Shown: positions 52,652 to 63,978 of the stretch, in pieces
How the letters are laid out: each line of letters opens with the position of its first letter
Position numbering within the stretch: the first letter of the stretch is position 1
Assembly (NCBI GenBank): GCA_020184695.1
Contig: JAANOX010000150.1
Coordinates: 1 to 64,000, forward strand
Origin: Histomonas meleagridis 2922-C6/04-290x
Lineage: Eukaryota; Protista; Parabasalia
Direction: 5' to 3'
DNA: 64,000 nucleotides
Made by a program: the position numbers and the translations under genes
Notes under the pieces: model-generated
Told to the model about the DNA's origin: nothing
Database searches by the model: none
Seen by the model: the letters and a program-made list of their open reading frames with translations, nothing else

Positions 52652-53212
52652 ATGTATCACATTTTAATTTTGGGTAACAATGGTTCAGGGAAAAAATCAT
52701 TAAAATATGCTTTATATATGAAAGGATTGGTGGACACTGAATCTCTTGGCTTAGAAGAAGAATTTAAAACCATGTTTAATGTAGATGGGAAAGAAGTTTG
52801 TCTTGTAATCGGTTATGCATGCGACCATGATGATATGATTGCTTATACGGGATATCCTTTATCAAAAAATGTAAGCTCAGGAATCATAATAATTTATTCA
52901 ATAGAAAATCGTGCTTCATTTGATAATATTGAAGAAAGGTGTCGAGAAATCCAAAAAAGTATGCCTGATGTACCAATTATTATTGTTGGTAACAAAACTG
53001 ACCTTAAAGAATCAAGATGCGTTAGTACTGAAGAAGGTCAAAATCTTGCTCAGAGATTTGGCATTGACTTTATTGAAATTTCTATCAAATCTTTCGAAAA
53101 TGTTGAAGAAGCATTTGCAATTCTCACTAGAAATTTAATCAACATCGAATTATCCAAAAATCAAAACACCAAAAAAGAAAAGAAAAAAGCTGAAACGTGT
53201 ACGTTTGCATAA
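52652..53212 (+). CDS. Divergent Ras-family GTPase
   Basis: GNNGSGKK P-loop variant, IIIYSI..RASF, VGNKTDL, CaaX CTFA. Confidence 0.8.
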   Translation: MYHILILGNNGSGKKSLKYALYMKGLVDTESLGLEEEFKTMFNVDGKEVCLVIGYACDHDDMIAYTGYPLSKNVSSGIIIIYSIENRASFDNIEERCREIQKSMPDVPIIIVGNKTDLKESRCVSTEEGQNLAQRFGIDFIEISIKSFENVEEAFAILTRNLINIELSKNQNTKKEKKKAETCTFA

Positions 53213-53507
53213 TATTAATTAAATAGTTGATATAATTAAACATTATATATATAAAAAATATTCTTAAACACATTGTGTATAAACAGAAAATTAATTTATT
53301 GAAATATATCATCAATAATTTGAGCGATTTATGAGTGAAATAAATGATTTTACTGAACTTTCAATTAATTATTTAAGTGAAATCGAATGTTCCAAACCAA
53401 TACTTTGGAAATTTTTCATTATACTTTTACATTTCATCATCTGTGCTTAATACATATGCACAGATTTAAACCAAATTTTTAATACAATCACACGAAAAAG
53501 TTATTAT

Positions 53508-56500
53508 TTACTCGTCATCAAAAGCAGCATATTTCATAATTTCTCCTGATATGAAATCGTCGGCCAATTTCTCTAATCTTTCATCAGACAAAAATATTTC
53601 GAATCCATAGAAGCCAAAACCAATTTGTACATTCCCTAACTCATCCAAATACACAGGCGGCACTTTGAAGAAATAAGGAACAGGCGAATCATCCATATGC
53701 AATACAAAATATATTCTCGTTTGCTTTATGTTCAAATTCATTATCAGATGGAATTGATCGAATGAATCATTAAATAATTCTTTTAAGTCATCATTTAGTT
53801 CTGTTTCGATAACTTTTGAATCATTTAAACATATGAAACATTCAGTTTCAGTAGTAACAAGTTCATGATATAAATTAAAAGGTTCTAAAGCAAAATGCAA
53901 AAAGTTTTTCGGCATACTTATTAATTTATATGGATCGAAAACATATTCATTTCCATTATAAACAATATTATATTTATTACATAAATCCTTATTAGTTAAT
54001 TCATTAATTAAATTATCATAATTAAAATTATCATTTAATGCAAAAATTTCAGTTAATTTTATACGCCTTAAAAATAAATTAAGTTCTTTATCTTTAAGAT
54101 TTATTATATTTTTATTAATAATTTCATTAATTTTTGTTTCAGGTGAATCACATTTTATTAAATCCAAAATAAAACTTTGGAAAATCGAATATGTTATTAC
54201 ATTAAAATTCTTATGAGAATGATAAATAACTTTTAAAGCTAAAAAGAAATTTCGAACCAAATCGAAATATTTTTTATTATTTAAACATTGCGAATTATTT
54301 CTCAATCTTACTTCATACAAAACGATTATACTACAAAAAGCCAAAAAAATTTGATTTAAATCATCAAAATTAGCAACAAATTCATTCACATTCTCAATCA
54401 CATCTTTCTCATTATATAAATCATTTCTATTCTCAATTTTTGGTAAATACAAATTACGAAAATATCGATCAATCGGACAAACAGTATTATCGCCACATTT
54501 TTGATGTATTAAATGTGTACATAATGTGAAACATTTTACATAATTTACGTTTCCATAATTATCATATTTTAATGGTAATGTTGACGAGTACATATAAAGT
54601 GGATAACAAAGGATTTCATTTTCTTTAAGAATCGTTTTACATGAACAACATTGTTCAATATGTTCATCATTAGAATCATTTTCGTCGAGTTCATTTTTAT
54701 TATCATTTTCGAATTGTTCAATTTTTGTATTAAATGAACTTAAAATCGAATTCTTTAATGCATTTAATTTATTATTATTATTTGAAGTTTTCGTTTCATA
54801 TTTTTTAGGTATTTCATATGTTATATTCATTTGTAGAAGTGCATTTTGTCCAATTTTTCCTAATTCAATTATTAAATCGACAAATGATTTTGATGAATAA
54901 TTTTGGAATTGATACTTTTGATACATTAACGATTCGAAATCATTTGGAATTTTTGTAATTAATTCTTCAATATTATTTACGTAAATAATTGTATTCTCTA
55001 AAGTTTTATTTGAAGTTTTTGTATAAAATTTCGATGTTGTTAATAAAAGATTAATAATAAGTTGATTTGTTTCTTGTGAATTTTTACATAATAAAATATA
55101 ATATTCAATTGCTAATAATGTTTTAGAGAATAAAACTGAATGTAAATCCATTCCAAATGGTTCTTCAAGAAATGGCTTAAAAGGCATTAATTCATTTGGA
55201 TATTTCGATATATATTTCGAATAAATCGCTAAGATTTTATTCGAATGATAAATTGGCGCTAATGGATCCCATAAAGTTTTCGACTTTAATTTAAACATTG
55301 GACCATTTAATGAAGGAGAAGAAGTAGAAATTAAATCCAAATGTTCTTTTATAATTTTTATTTTTGCAAGAGAAGGTGATTCAAAAATTTTGTGTAATGG
55401 TTTAAATAATTTTTGTTTAAATAATAACTTCGATATTAATCTTTGATTAACTTTTTCTTTTTTGTTTAAATTAATTTCTAATCGATCAAATATTAAAGTT
55501 GATATCAAATGTATAAAAATGAAATAAATTAAATCATTTTTATCTTCATTATCATCATCAAAAATTCCAATTGTATGAGCAATTGTATTTATCATTTTTT
55601 CTTTATCTTGATAAAACCCAATACACATTTGCATTAATATAAATAAATCAGAAGTTCTTAATCCAGACAAAAAATATTCAAGTGCAAAATTTCCTGGTGA
55701 AGTTTGATGATTATAAATATCATTTGTAAGTAAAATTCGTTGTACATTAATTGAAACTAAATATAATAATTCATTATTAATATTTTGAACATTTCCTTTA
55801 AGTTTTAATAATAATGATTTCAGAAGTAAATATGGAATTAAAAAAAGACAAATTGAACAACCATTAAATAATGAAACATTTAAATTTTGTTTGTTTTGGT
55901 AAATTGATTTATAATAATCATCAAATTTATTCATTATATTTATAATATCTATTTCTAAATTTTCTTTTTTATCGATTTGACGTGAAAATATTCTAAATGA
56001 ATAAATATAATCATCATAATGAAAAAACATGTTTTTTTGTTTAACTTCTTTTATATTTGTATAATAAAGAATCGATTTATCTAAAATTATATCAGTTAAA
56101 CCATTAAAAAGTTTTTGATAATAATCTTTAAAGTTTTCATCTTTTATAACTTCTGAAACACCATCAAAAATATTAAAATAGTCAGAAAATATTTCACTTT
56201 CCCTAAATCCTTCAATATCTACAAGTGATAATTGAATATTTTGATATTTCTCGATTTGATCTAAAAGACATTTAACTATATCTAAATTATGTCTTTTAAC
56301 ACATTCAAATAAAATATAATCTTTGTAAAATTGAAAACATAAATTTAGAAATGGTTCAACTTTTTGATTATCTCCTGAAAGTAATAATTGGTAATTCTTA
56401 TTTAACATATCTAATGTTCGTGTTATATATACATAACCAAACGAAAATTTGAAGATGACGTCATTGATAAATAATGATAATAAATCAACAAGTGAACTAA

Positions 56501-57074
56501 TCACTTCTTCTGTGCTATCAAAAATAGCGTCAATAAGATCAGAAAAAATAGTACCTTTGCTTAATGAGATAACGACTAAATTGCGATATAAATCTCCAAT
56601 CTCACAAAAAGTAATAAGCCAGTCAATGACTTCAATCGCTTCATCTGTAGAGCCGGATAAAATGAGTTTAGGAAGAAGCGTTGACGCTGAATCAAAAATT
56701 TGTGGAAGAATACTTGATATTGAAGAGGGAATCTTAGATTCGTTTTTGGAAGCAGTTTGATGATATTTACAAAAACCTGATGGTTTCCATTGGTATGGGT
56801 CTCCACAATCGCAGTTCCCTATTTTTTCTGTACAAATAATAATTGAGTGACCTTCATGATTACCATTTAAAAAACATTTAAGACAAATGCACCCACTACT
56901 TATTATTGTGCAATCTAAGCACGTCACAGAAAGTTGATTTTTGGGCCAACTTTCTTGACATTTGTAAACATGAGTATCGCATCTCAAATATTCAAGAAGA
57001 TCTTCAAATTTGTCGAATTCTGCATGTTCACAAAGAAGTGATTCCCATTCTTCAATTGGGTTGTTTTGTTCCAT
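53508..57074 (-). CDS. UBR-box (N-recognin) E3 ubiquitin ligase
   Basis: C.DC..ISSGCICLKCF..GNHEGH...GNCDCGD..WK..GFC..H UBR box; later C..C...C.H.IH..C RING-like; ATG at 57074. Confidence 0.85.
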   Translation of the reverse strand: MEQNNPIEEWESLLCEHAEFDKFEDLLEYLRCDTHVYKCQESWPKNQLSVTCLDCTIISSGCICLKCFLNGNHEGHSIIICTEKIGNCDCGDPYQWKPSGFCKYHQTASKNESKIPSSISSILPQIFDSASTLLPKLILSGSTDEAIEVIDWLITFCEIGDLYRNLVVISLSKGTIFSDLIDAIFDSTEEVISSLVDLLSLFINDVIFKFSFGYVYITRTLDMLNKNYQLLLSGDNQKVEPFLNLCFQFYKDYILFECVKRHNLDIVKCLLDQIEKYQNIQLSLVDIEGFRESEIFSDYFNIFDGVSEVIKDENFKDYYQKLFNGLTDIILDKSILYYTNIKEVKQKNMFFHYDDYIYSFRIFSRQIDKKENLEIDIINIMNKFDDYYKSIYQNKQNLNVSLFNGCSICLFLIPYLLLKSLLLKLKGNVQNINNELLYLVSINVQRILLTNDIYNHQTSPGNFALEYFLSGLRTSDLFILMQMCIGFYQDKEKMINTIAHTIGIFDDDNEDKNDLIYFIFIHLISTLIFDRLEINLNKKEKVNQRLISKLLFKQKLFKPLHKIFESPSLAKIKIIKEHLDLISTSSPSLNGPMFKLKSKTLWDPLAPIYHSNKILAIYSKYISKYPNELMPFKPFLEEPFGMDLHSVLFSKTLLAIEYYILLCKNSQETNQLIINLLLTTSKFYTKTSNKTLENTIIYVNNIEELITKIPNDFESLMYQKYQFQNYSSKSFVDLIIELGKIGQNALLQMNITYEIPKKYETKTSNNNNKLNALKNSILSSFNTKIEQFENDNKNELDENDSNDEHIEQCCSCKTILKENEILCYPLYMYSSTLPLKYDNYGNVNYVKCFTLCTHLIHQKCGDNTVCPIDRYFRNLYLPKIENRNDLYNEKDVIENVNEFVANFDDLNQIFLAFCSIIVLYEVRLRNNSQCLNNKKYFDLVRNFFLALKVIYHSHKNFNVITYSIFQSFILDLIKCDSPETKINEIINKNIINLKDKELNLFLRRIKLTEIFALNDNFNYDNLINELTNKDLCNKYNIVYNGNEYVFDPYKLISMPKNFLHFALEPFNLYHELVTTETECFICLNDSKVIETELNDDLKELFNDSFDQFHLIMNLNIKQTRIYFVLHMDDSPVPYFFKVPPVYLDELGNVQIGFGFYGFEIFLSDERLEKLADDFISGEIMKYAAFDDE

Positions 57075-57106
57075 AAGCACAAGACTTGACTTTCGACTTC
57101 CTGAAG

Positions 57107-57156
57107 GAAAAACGATCGGTTTCGAGTGAATTGTCTTACAAAAAGTTTTATCGTTC
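57107..57156. repeat. Dispersed ~50-bp hairpin element, copy 2
   Basis: 45/49 identical to 27751-27799; GGAAAAACGAT...ATCGTTCTTCC closes a 10/11-bp stem. Confidence 0.85.
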
Positions 57157-57723
57157 TTCCCATTGAAATCAAGATATTGAATTCGGGCGGTTAAAACGGA
57201 CCGCTCCTTAATTTGGGGAAAGTATTTACGAGAAATTCCTTCTTTGTAAGCTGAAATATTTATTCATTTTTCATATCTAAAATGTAATGTTAAAAAACAT
57301 GAATTCTTTTAACTTTTAACTTTTTTTTCAAGATAATATGAACTGTGCTTGATCAGAAAAATATGAAAACATATATATGTTATTAATGTTTTTAACTCTT
57401 TAAGAAAATTCAAAAATATTTTTATGTGAATAAAAGAGGTAGTATGGCATCCCGGAAAATTTCAAAGTAAATCAAATTACGTAATGTGTTGTAAAGCTTG
57501 TGCTTATGTTCATTAATCATTAATATAAAATTTACACTAAGGTTAGTAAAGGCATTTGAAAATACCATTAAACTCTTTCAAACATTATCTGTTTTGAAAT
57601 CAATTTGATATCAATTGAACATCAGAAATATTAAAAATCTATCCTAGAATTAACAGCCTTTTTGAAGCTAATAGAAATATTACACATATTTTGCAAAATT
57701 GTCAGAATGTAAAAAAAAAAAAA

Positions 57724-58299
57724 TTAGTTGCAACATTTACTAGATCTATCAGAATTATTTGTTTTAATTTCAACTTGATTGCTTTCTTCAGTGGGTAAAA
57801 GAGTTTTTTCAACAAGGGTTGCCACAGCTTCAAAAACTTCTTTTATCCCCTGGCCTGTTAATGCAGATGTTAATATTGGAGTATTAGAATTTATTTTCTC
57901 TGCTATTTGTGTGGCTTTTTCAAGAGCTTGCTGATTTTCATCAGGATTTAAATCTGATTTTGTAATTACTATAACAATTATGCATTTTGGGGCCTCCTCA
58001 TGCACACAGTCTTTCCATTTTTCTATTGAGTCAATTGATTCTTTGTCAGTACATATCAATGCTACAACTGAATTTCGATAAAACATCTGAGAAATTGCTT
58101 GGTATCTTTCTTGACCAGCCGTATCCCAAATGGTAAGTTCGACTTGTTTGCCACTTACAGATGTTGCCATACAATTAAAATTATTTGGTGCTAATGTGCT
58201 GTATGTTTCTGGACTGAACTTGTCATTGACAAATCTGTAGATTAGAGATGTTTTCCCGACGTCTGTATTTCCAACAACTATAACTCTGCTTCCACTCAT
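57724..58299 (-). CDS. Rab-like GTPase
   Basis: GNTDVGKT, WDTAGQE, TKSD, TSA, C-terminal CCN. Confidence 0.9.
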   Translation of the reverse strand: MSGSRVIVVGNTDVGKTSLIYRFVNDKFSPETYSTLAPNNFNCMATSVSGKQVELTIWDTAGQERYQAISQMFYRNSVVALICTDKESIDSIEKWKDCVHEEAPKCIIVIVITKSDLNPDENQQALEKATQIAEKINSNTPILTSALTGQGIKEVFEAVATLVEKTLLPTEESNQVEIKTNNSDRSSKCCN

Positions 58300-58616
58300 A
58301 AGTGTATTTCCTATTTGGGTTTTATATTAACGGCTTTTTTTGGTGAAAAATTACGGTTGTTTTCAATCAGCAGCGATACGCAACTGAAATCATTTGCTTA
58401 CTGTTAATTTTACTTTTTTTCTACGATGGGAACCGTTAAAATAACTTCATCACCAATTTGTTCATCAATTAATAAATTTGCAATTTAATATTCTCATATT
58501 TTCGATAATAAAGAACTTGCCTTATTTATATATTCCTTATTAAACAAAGTAATGTTTGTAAATCTGAAAATTTCAAAATAGATTTGAAATCAAAATTATA
58601 ATATTTATTCATTTAA

Positions 58617-59810
58617 TTAATTCATAACATTAAGTTTCGCAATAGCTTCTACAAATGCTTCCATGTTTTGTGGAATTGTCAAAATTAATGTCTGCAAATG
58701 CTGGAATAATTTTTCTGTTAAGTACACCCTTCCAAAGTCTTGTGGCATTTCAGTATATTTAGTTAACATTGCTTCATATTGTTGTATTTTAGGGAGGAAT
58801 TTTTCTGATTTTTCATAAGTGTGGAGTGGAATTAACGGTTTCAAGAAATTCAATTTGTTCTCAAAACAAGCCTTGTAAAATAACCGTCGAATTGCATACA
58901 ATCCGTCACTTTTTGAATTATATTTTTCAGATGCTGCGTAATAAACGGCCGCAAACAGCACTTTTGTTTTTGGAGTTAGATTTAAAAATGGAAATTCTTG
59001 CATAAAATCGTCTAACAAATTTATTGACTCGTTCAACATTTTTGTAAATGCCGTGAGTTCACGATCTTCGTTACAAATCCTTTGACATATCATCAAAGTA
59101 AAGCATTGCCTCTCAAAAATTTGCGACGGTTGTTTGCCAACAAATTCAGAGGTAAAAAGTGACGATAGAATAACCTCCAAATGGGGATTGATGGACTGGA
59201 ACCAAGCCTCGACAGAGAAGGCTTGGATTGGGATGTGGGAAAAGAGAAGTAAGAAACGATAGTTGTTAAGAATGGGCTCATAGTAAAAATAGGTAAGTGA
59301 GTTAACAGGTGGAATTGAATGTGAAGCATTAGCACATGTGATGAAATCGCATAGAATAGATGTGGGTGCGGCCATAAGAAAACTGACATCTGATGCAACT
59401 TTGAAACGTTGTGTACCACTATCACTTGTAAGCGCTAAAGTTTTTCCATTATTATCAAATACGACTTCAAGTGGCGGTAAAATCTCAATTTCTTCGTTGC
59501 TGTAATAAAGTGCAAATTGAGAGTATGAGCAAATGAACCAATCAACTCGCTTTTCTGTGTTATTTGATTGAATTTTAATAAAATAGGAAGGGAAATTAAA
59601 ACTAACTTTCTGGTCTTTCTTTGTGATGCGGTGAGTAAACCCACGTGGCTTTATTAATGATGAAGGTCGATGTTGAATTGGAATAGTGACTGATTCACGG
59701 AATGACCTTGTTGGAGGTAAAACACTGCGATCAAATTCAGATGTAAAACGTTCTTCGAGTTTTGATGTATATTCAAGGAATATTGGATCTATCTCAGCAT
59801 TACTTGCCAT
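58617..59810 (-). CDS. Hypothetical protein
   Basis: 397-aa ORF, ATG preceded by an AACCGT/M3-like context; no domain recognised. Confidence 0.65.
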   Translation of the reverse strand: MASNAEIDPIFLEYTSKLEERFTSEFDRSVLPPTRSFRESVTIPIQHRPSSLIKPRGFTHRITKKDQKVSFNFPSYFIKIQSNNTEKRVDWFICSYSQFALYYSNEEIEILPPLEVVFDNNGKTLALTSDSGTQRFKVASDVSFLMAAPTSILCDFITCANASHSIPPVNSLTYFYYEPILNNYRFLLLFSHIPIQAFSVEAWFQSINPHLEVILSSLFTSEFVGKQPSQIFERQCFTLMICQRICNEDRELTAFTKMLNESINLLDDFMQEFPFLNLTPKTKVLFAAVYYAASEKYNSKSDGLYAIRRLFYKACFENKLNFLKPLIPLHTYEKSEKFLPKIQQYEAMLTKYTEMPQDFGRVYLTEKLFQHLQTLILTIPQNMEAFVEAIAKLNVMN

Positions 59811-60192
59811 AGAGAATTGATTTTTTATATGGTTTACAAAATGGTGTACGTTAAGTAGTATAAACAGTTTTTGAGTAACAAAAACACAGAAATCCGCAAT
59901 AAAGTCCTATCGAAAGGATAAAATTCTACGAGTTAATTTTAAATAAAAAAGATTCAAAAACAAGCTTATTTACAATGACCAAGATCTGATCAGAATTCGA
60001 TAAATTCAATAAAATCAACTCAATCTTGGCATTACCCTACCCGCAAGGCACCACTGAGTAGTGAACAAATTTTGTTCATTAACACTGTGATTTGCCATAG
60101 AGATATTTTTCATGAATCATGTTGGATCAAAAAGGAAATTATACTTGTGGCTTATTACATTATAAAAACAAAAAAATTATGAACAAAAAAAT

Positions 60193-60831
60193 TTATTTAG
60201 CTTTAGCTTTTTTGTTTTTGCGAACATTTTTGGCCTTTGGTTTCTCTGGTTGTTCCTGTTTGTTTTCGTTTTTCTTTCTGTTTATTCTTGTAAGCATAAA
60301 TATAAGGACAAGGAAAAATGGGAAATATGAAAAAATTGATTGATGTCCAGTGTTTTCCATTCCTTTATAACTTCGAAACATACGGTAAATGGTGATATTT
60401 TGTGATTCGTTATCATAGAAAATTGCTTCAATTGCCTTGTATGAAAGTAATGTTATTGAATATGTAATGTTTTGTGAAAGCATTTGTCCTGTACAAGAAA
60501 GTAAACCATTTTGAGATCTCTCAAATTTGAAATCACCTATGTTTTGTTCACCTATTGAAAGAGAACAGGTATCATTTACATTTGGATCAAATGTAAGAGA
60601 AACAGGAACTAAAAAATCAAGTGAATTTGACGTTGAGTTCAAAAACAGTTCACCACCCAAAATTGCTTCTTCTTCTGTTTCTGATATATTTATGGTATAA
60701 TACGTTTTTTCAATATTAGTGAACCCTTTAAAATATTGTGTAGATTCAATTTGCCATTCCCCAAAAGCAAGTTCATAGATTCCTAAAATAGGTGTTGCTG
60801 TGGAAACAAAATGAACAAAAAATAATATCAT
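60193..60831 (-). CDS. Hypothetical type I membrane protein
   Basis: Signal peptide, beta-rich ectodomain, TM IFSYFPFFLVLIFML, basic tail. Confidence 0.7.
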   Translation of the reverse strand: MILFFVHFVSTATPILGIYELAFGEWQIESTQYFKGFTNIEKTYYTINISETEEEAILGGELFLNSTSNSLDFLVPVSLTFDPNVNDTCSLSIGEQNIGDFKFERSQNGLLSCTGQMLSQNITYSITLLSYKAIEAIFYDNESQNITIYRMFRSYKGMENTGHQSIFSYFPFFLVLIFMLTRINRKKNENKQEQPEKPKAKNVRKNKKAKAK

Positions 60832-60890
60832 TTGGCTAATGCTTTGGTAAAGTATTCAAATAGTTTACATTTCTTGTTAACGAACATCAT

Positions 60891-62042
60891 ATGAGATGTA
60901 ACCTTTGTGAAAACGAAGCATTCCAAAGATTAATAGCAACATTAAAAAATTTAAGGAAATCAAATATTCATCTCGAGGAAGAGAGAAAGCAATTACATAT
61001 ACAAATAAATGAGTTAAACCAACAAAAAAGCAATTATGAGATCCAACTTTTAGAGCTTCGAAAAAAAGTCAATGAAACGAAGGAAGCAGAAACAAGAAAG
61101 GTTAAGTCTCAACATGAACTCAAATCTTTAATCCAATTGCATGATGAAAATAAACAAAATTTTTTAGAACTTAAAAACATGCTTGAAAGTGTTGTTCATG
61201 AACTTTGTAAGGAAAGGCAAAAACGAAAATTAGCTCAAAAGAAAAACAAAAAAATTATTGATAATATCAAAAAATTAACAACTATTGCATATCAACTTCA
61301 ACCAACTACAGAACAACTCCATGAAAATGAGGATATGGCCAAGAAACTTCTCTCTAAGGAAAGTGAATGGAATCACATCAAATCACAATTAGAGAATTCA
61401 ATTCAAGAATTAGAAGAAAAGAAAAATGAATTTATTGAATCAAATAACAATTACAAAATGCAAGTTGAAGATCGAATTGGTTTAATTCAAGAGCTCAAAG
61501 ATCGACTTGAAAGACGAAATATAACAATTCAAGAAATGGAAAATGTGCTTCAAGAAAAATCTGAATTTTGTTCACAACTTTCATCTACTTCAATGAATTT
61601 AAACAATGAAATAAATGAAATAATCATAAAAACCAAAGAAATGAAAAATAAATTATTTCAAATACAAAACGAATATAATGAAAAACAAAAAAAATATAAA
61701 TCGCGAAAAGAAAAATTTGAACAAATTAAATGTTCACTACAACAAATTCAAGAATGCGTTCAAGTTAAGATAAAAACTATAAAAGAAGAATCAAACAAAG
61801 AAACAATGCAAAAAATAAATGAGATATTAAAAGAAAAAGAAGCAAAAGATGAAAAAATTAAATTGTTAAATGACCAAATAAAGAGCGAAACTGAAGAAAA
61901 AGGAAAAGCAGAAAATAAAATGAAATTAATTCAAGAAGAATTCGAAAAAGAAAAAAAACAATTTGAAGCAACAAAGGCTCAAAACGAAAATAAATTTAAA
62001 GCGTTACAGAAAATAATAAAAGCATTCACAGAACCATCGTAG
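60891..62042 (+). CDS. Coiled-coil protein
   Basis: 383-aa E/K/Q/L heptad-rich ORF. Confidence 0.7.
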   Translation: MRCNLCENEAFQRLIATLKNLRKSNIHLEEERKQLHIQINELNQQKSNYEIQLLELRKKVNETKEAETRKVKSQHELKSLIQLHDENKQNFLELKNMLESVVHELCKERQKRKLAQKKNKKIIDNIKKLTTIAYQLQPTTEQLHENEDMAKKLLSKESEWNHIKSQLENSIQELEEKKNEFIESNNNYKMQVEDRIGLIQELKDRLERRNITIQEMENVLQEKSEFCSQLSSTSMNLNNEINEIIIKTKEMKNKLFQIQNEYNEKQKKYKSRKEKFEQIKCSLQQIQECVQVKIKTIKEESNKETMQKINEILKEKEAKDEKIKLLNDQIKSETEEKGKAENKMKLIQEEFEKEKKQFEATKAQNENKFKALQKIIKAFTEPS

Positions 62043-62274
62043 TCTGCATGAATGAAATAAACTGTTATTTTGTTTGTTAAATTAGTGTTTTTATATTTTT
62101 GATTTTTATTTGGAAGGTTCTTAAGCAATTGAATTTATTCTAAAGATTTCAAATAACTCAGTGAATATTTTCCAAAAAAATGCTATGAATATAAACTAAT
62201 CAAAAAAATCATTGAAGTGCTAAATACATAATTGATCACAAATAAAGCACATCTTATTTTTTATTTGAGAATAG

Positions 62275-62802
62275 CTACTGTGGAGAATTGACTTGGATAA
62301 GGTCGATCGTTCCTTGATTTGACTTACAAATTAATCTGTGTATATTTCCTTCTTCTTCAGGCACTTGAATTGATAAATCTGATGGGCCTCTGAGTGCAAA
62401 AATTGAAATATCGGAATTTCCCTTTAAGCACATTATATCTTTTTCAGATACCCATGCAAAAGACTGAAAATCTTGAGTTGAATCTAACTCTGCAAGAGAA
62501 TCATCAACCATTTTTGTTAATCTTTCTAATTCAGACTCATGATGTAACAAGTCACGGTATGCTGCATTATCATCAACATTTACTTTATTTCCAACCCATC
62601 TTACTTTTGATTTTCCTGTGCGTTCAATCACTCCAATTCCAGCTAGAACATTTGTAACATCATAGATTCTTCTTTTTGATGCATCAAGTGTTTTTTCAAC
62701 TTGGCTTAAATCAAGTTCTTGTCCATTTGCTGCCATTAGAACACGCAAAAAATCCTGTGTTAAATTGACGAGTGTTTTTTTTGCTTTGTCTGTTTTCTCC
62801 AT
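62275..62802 (-). CDS. E2F: E2F-family transcription factor
   Basis: L..LT..F winged helix, KRRIYDVTNVLAGIG.I, K...RW.G, coiled-coil and marked-box-like FAWV...D...ALRGP. Confidence 0.9.
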   Translation of the reverse strand: MEKTDKAKKTLVNLTQDFLRVLMAANGQELDLSQVEKTLDASKRRIYDVTNVLAGIGVIERTGKSKVRWVGNKVNVDDNAAYRDLLHHESELERLTKMVDDSLAELDSTQDFQSFAWVSEKDIMCLKGNSDISIFALRGPSDLSIQVPEEEGNIHRLICKSNQGTIDLIQVNSPQ

Positions 62803-63076
62803 AAAAAATTAGGAAACGTTTATCAATTAAATTGAATGCTTTACAAAGCTGTGGGGCCACCCCAAACCGTTTAATAATTGTGAATTCACTTTATTTCTTT
62901 TGTTTTCCTTAGCGAATTTTATTATAAATCAACGAACAAACAAATGTCATTACACTACTCAGAAGTTCACATGAATTATTAATCAAAAAAATCGAAATTT
63001 TAATAGTTGGGTTTATTTATGACAAGTTCTTAGTTTCGATCTTGTTTGCGGCCACTTGTCACCATTCGTTGCTTTC

Positions 63077-63978
63077 TTATTTCTTTTGTTGAGAAAGAGA
63101 CAAAAGTATTCCCATTGCGTCGTCCCAAGAAGACTTCATAAATGTTGCGTCAAACAAAACAAAAAAACTCTAAAAATCAAAATGAAATCCAAAATCATAT
63201 CAGCAAACATTAAAACAATCGAAAGAACATCATCACTTGCATCAATTCCTTCTTTTTGTGCAAGTAATTTAACAATATCTATGCGACCAGTAATAGATGC
63301 GTAAACGAGTGCTGATTTAATAGAACAAAATAAATTCCAAAAGATTAAGCAAAACATTAAAACTCTTAAATAGACATTAAATAAAAGAAAAAAATATCTT
63401 TCGCATTAACATCAATTTCACTTTTTGTAAGAAGTAATTGAACAATTTCACTATAACCGTAGCATGTAGCCAAAATTAAGGCGGTTTTAAATAATTCATT
63501 GAAATTCCATGTAAAGCATTGAAATGTCGAATGATTCGAAAAAACTATAAATTATATAAAAAATCATCTTGCGCATTAACATTAATTCCTTCTTTTTCAA
63601 GTAACAAGCGAACAATTTCAGTGTGGCCCTTCCATGATGCGCGAATAAGAGCTGTCATTCCAAATTTGAATAAGGAACACCAATAAATTGAATGAAACTT
63701 TAAATAAAACAATAAAATGTCTTGGACATTGACATCGATTCCGTCTTTTGCGAGTAATAATTTGACAATTTCAGTATGGCCATTAAATGATGCCCACATA
63801 AGTGCTGTTAAAAATATTGTGATTAAATTCCAAATATGTTTTTAAAACATAAAATGATTTAAATAAACGCCATGTAATACAAATTAATAGATTGTGCATT
63901 GATATCAATTCCTTCTTTTCCTAAAAGCATTTGAACAATTTTTGTATGGCCATTTGCAGATGCGTACATAAGTAATGA
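63077..63978 (-). other. Ankyrin locus 2: six single-repeat cassettes separated by 60-80-nt spacers (5' end outside window)
   Basis: Cassettes 63889-63978, 63719-63808, 63566-63655, 63396-63485, 63229-63315 and terminal 63077-63148 (ATFMKSSWDDAMGILLSLSQQKK*). Confidence 0.85.
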
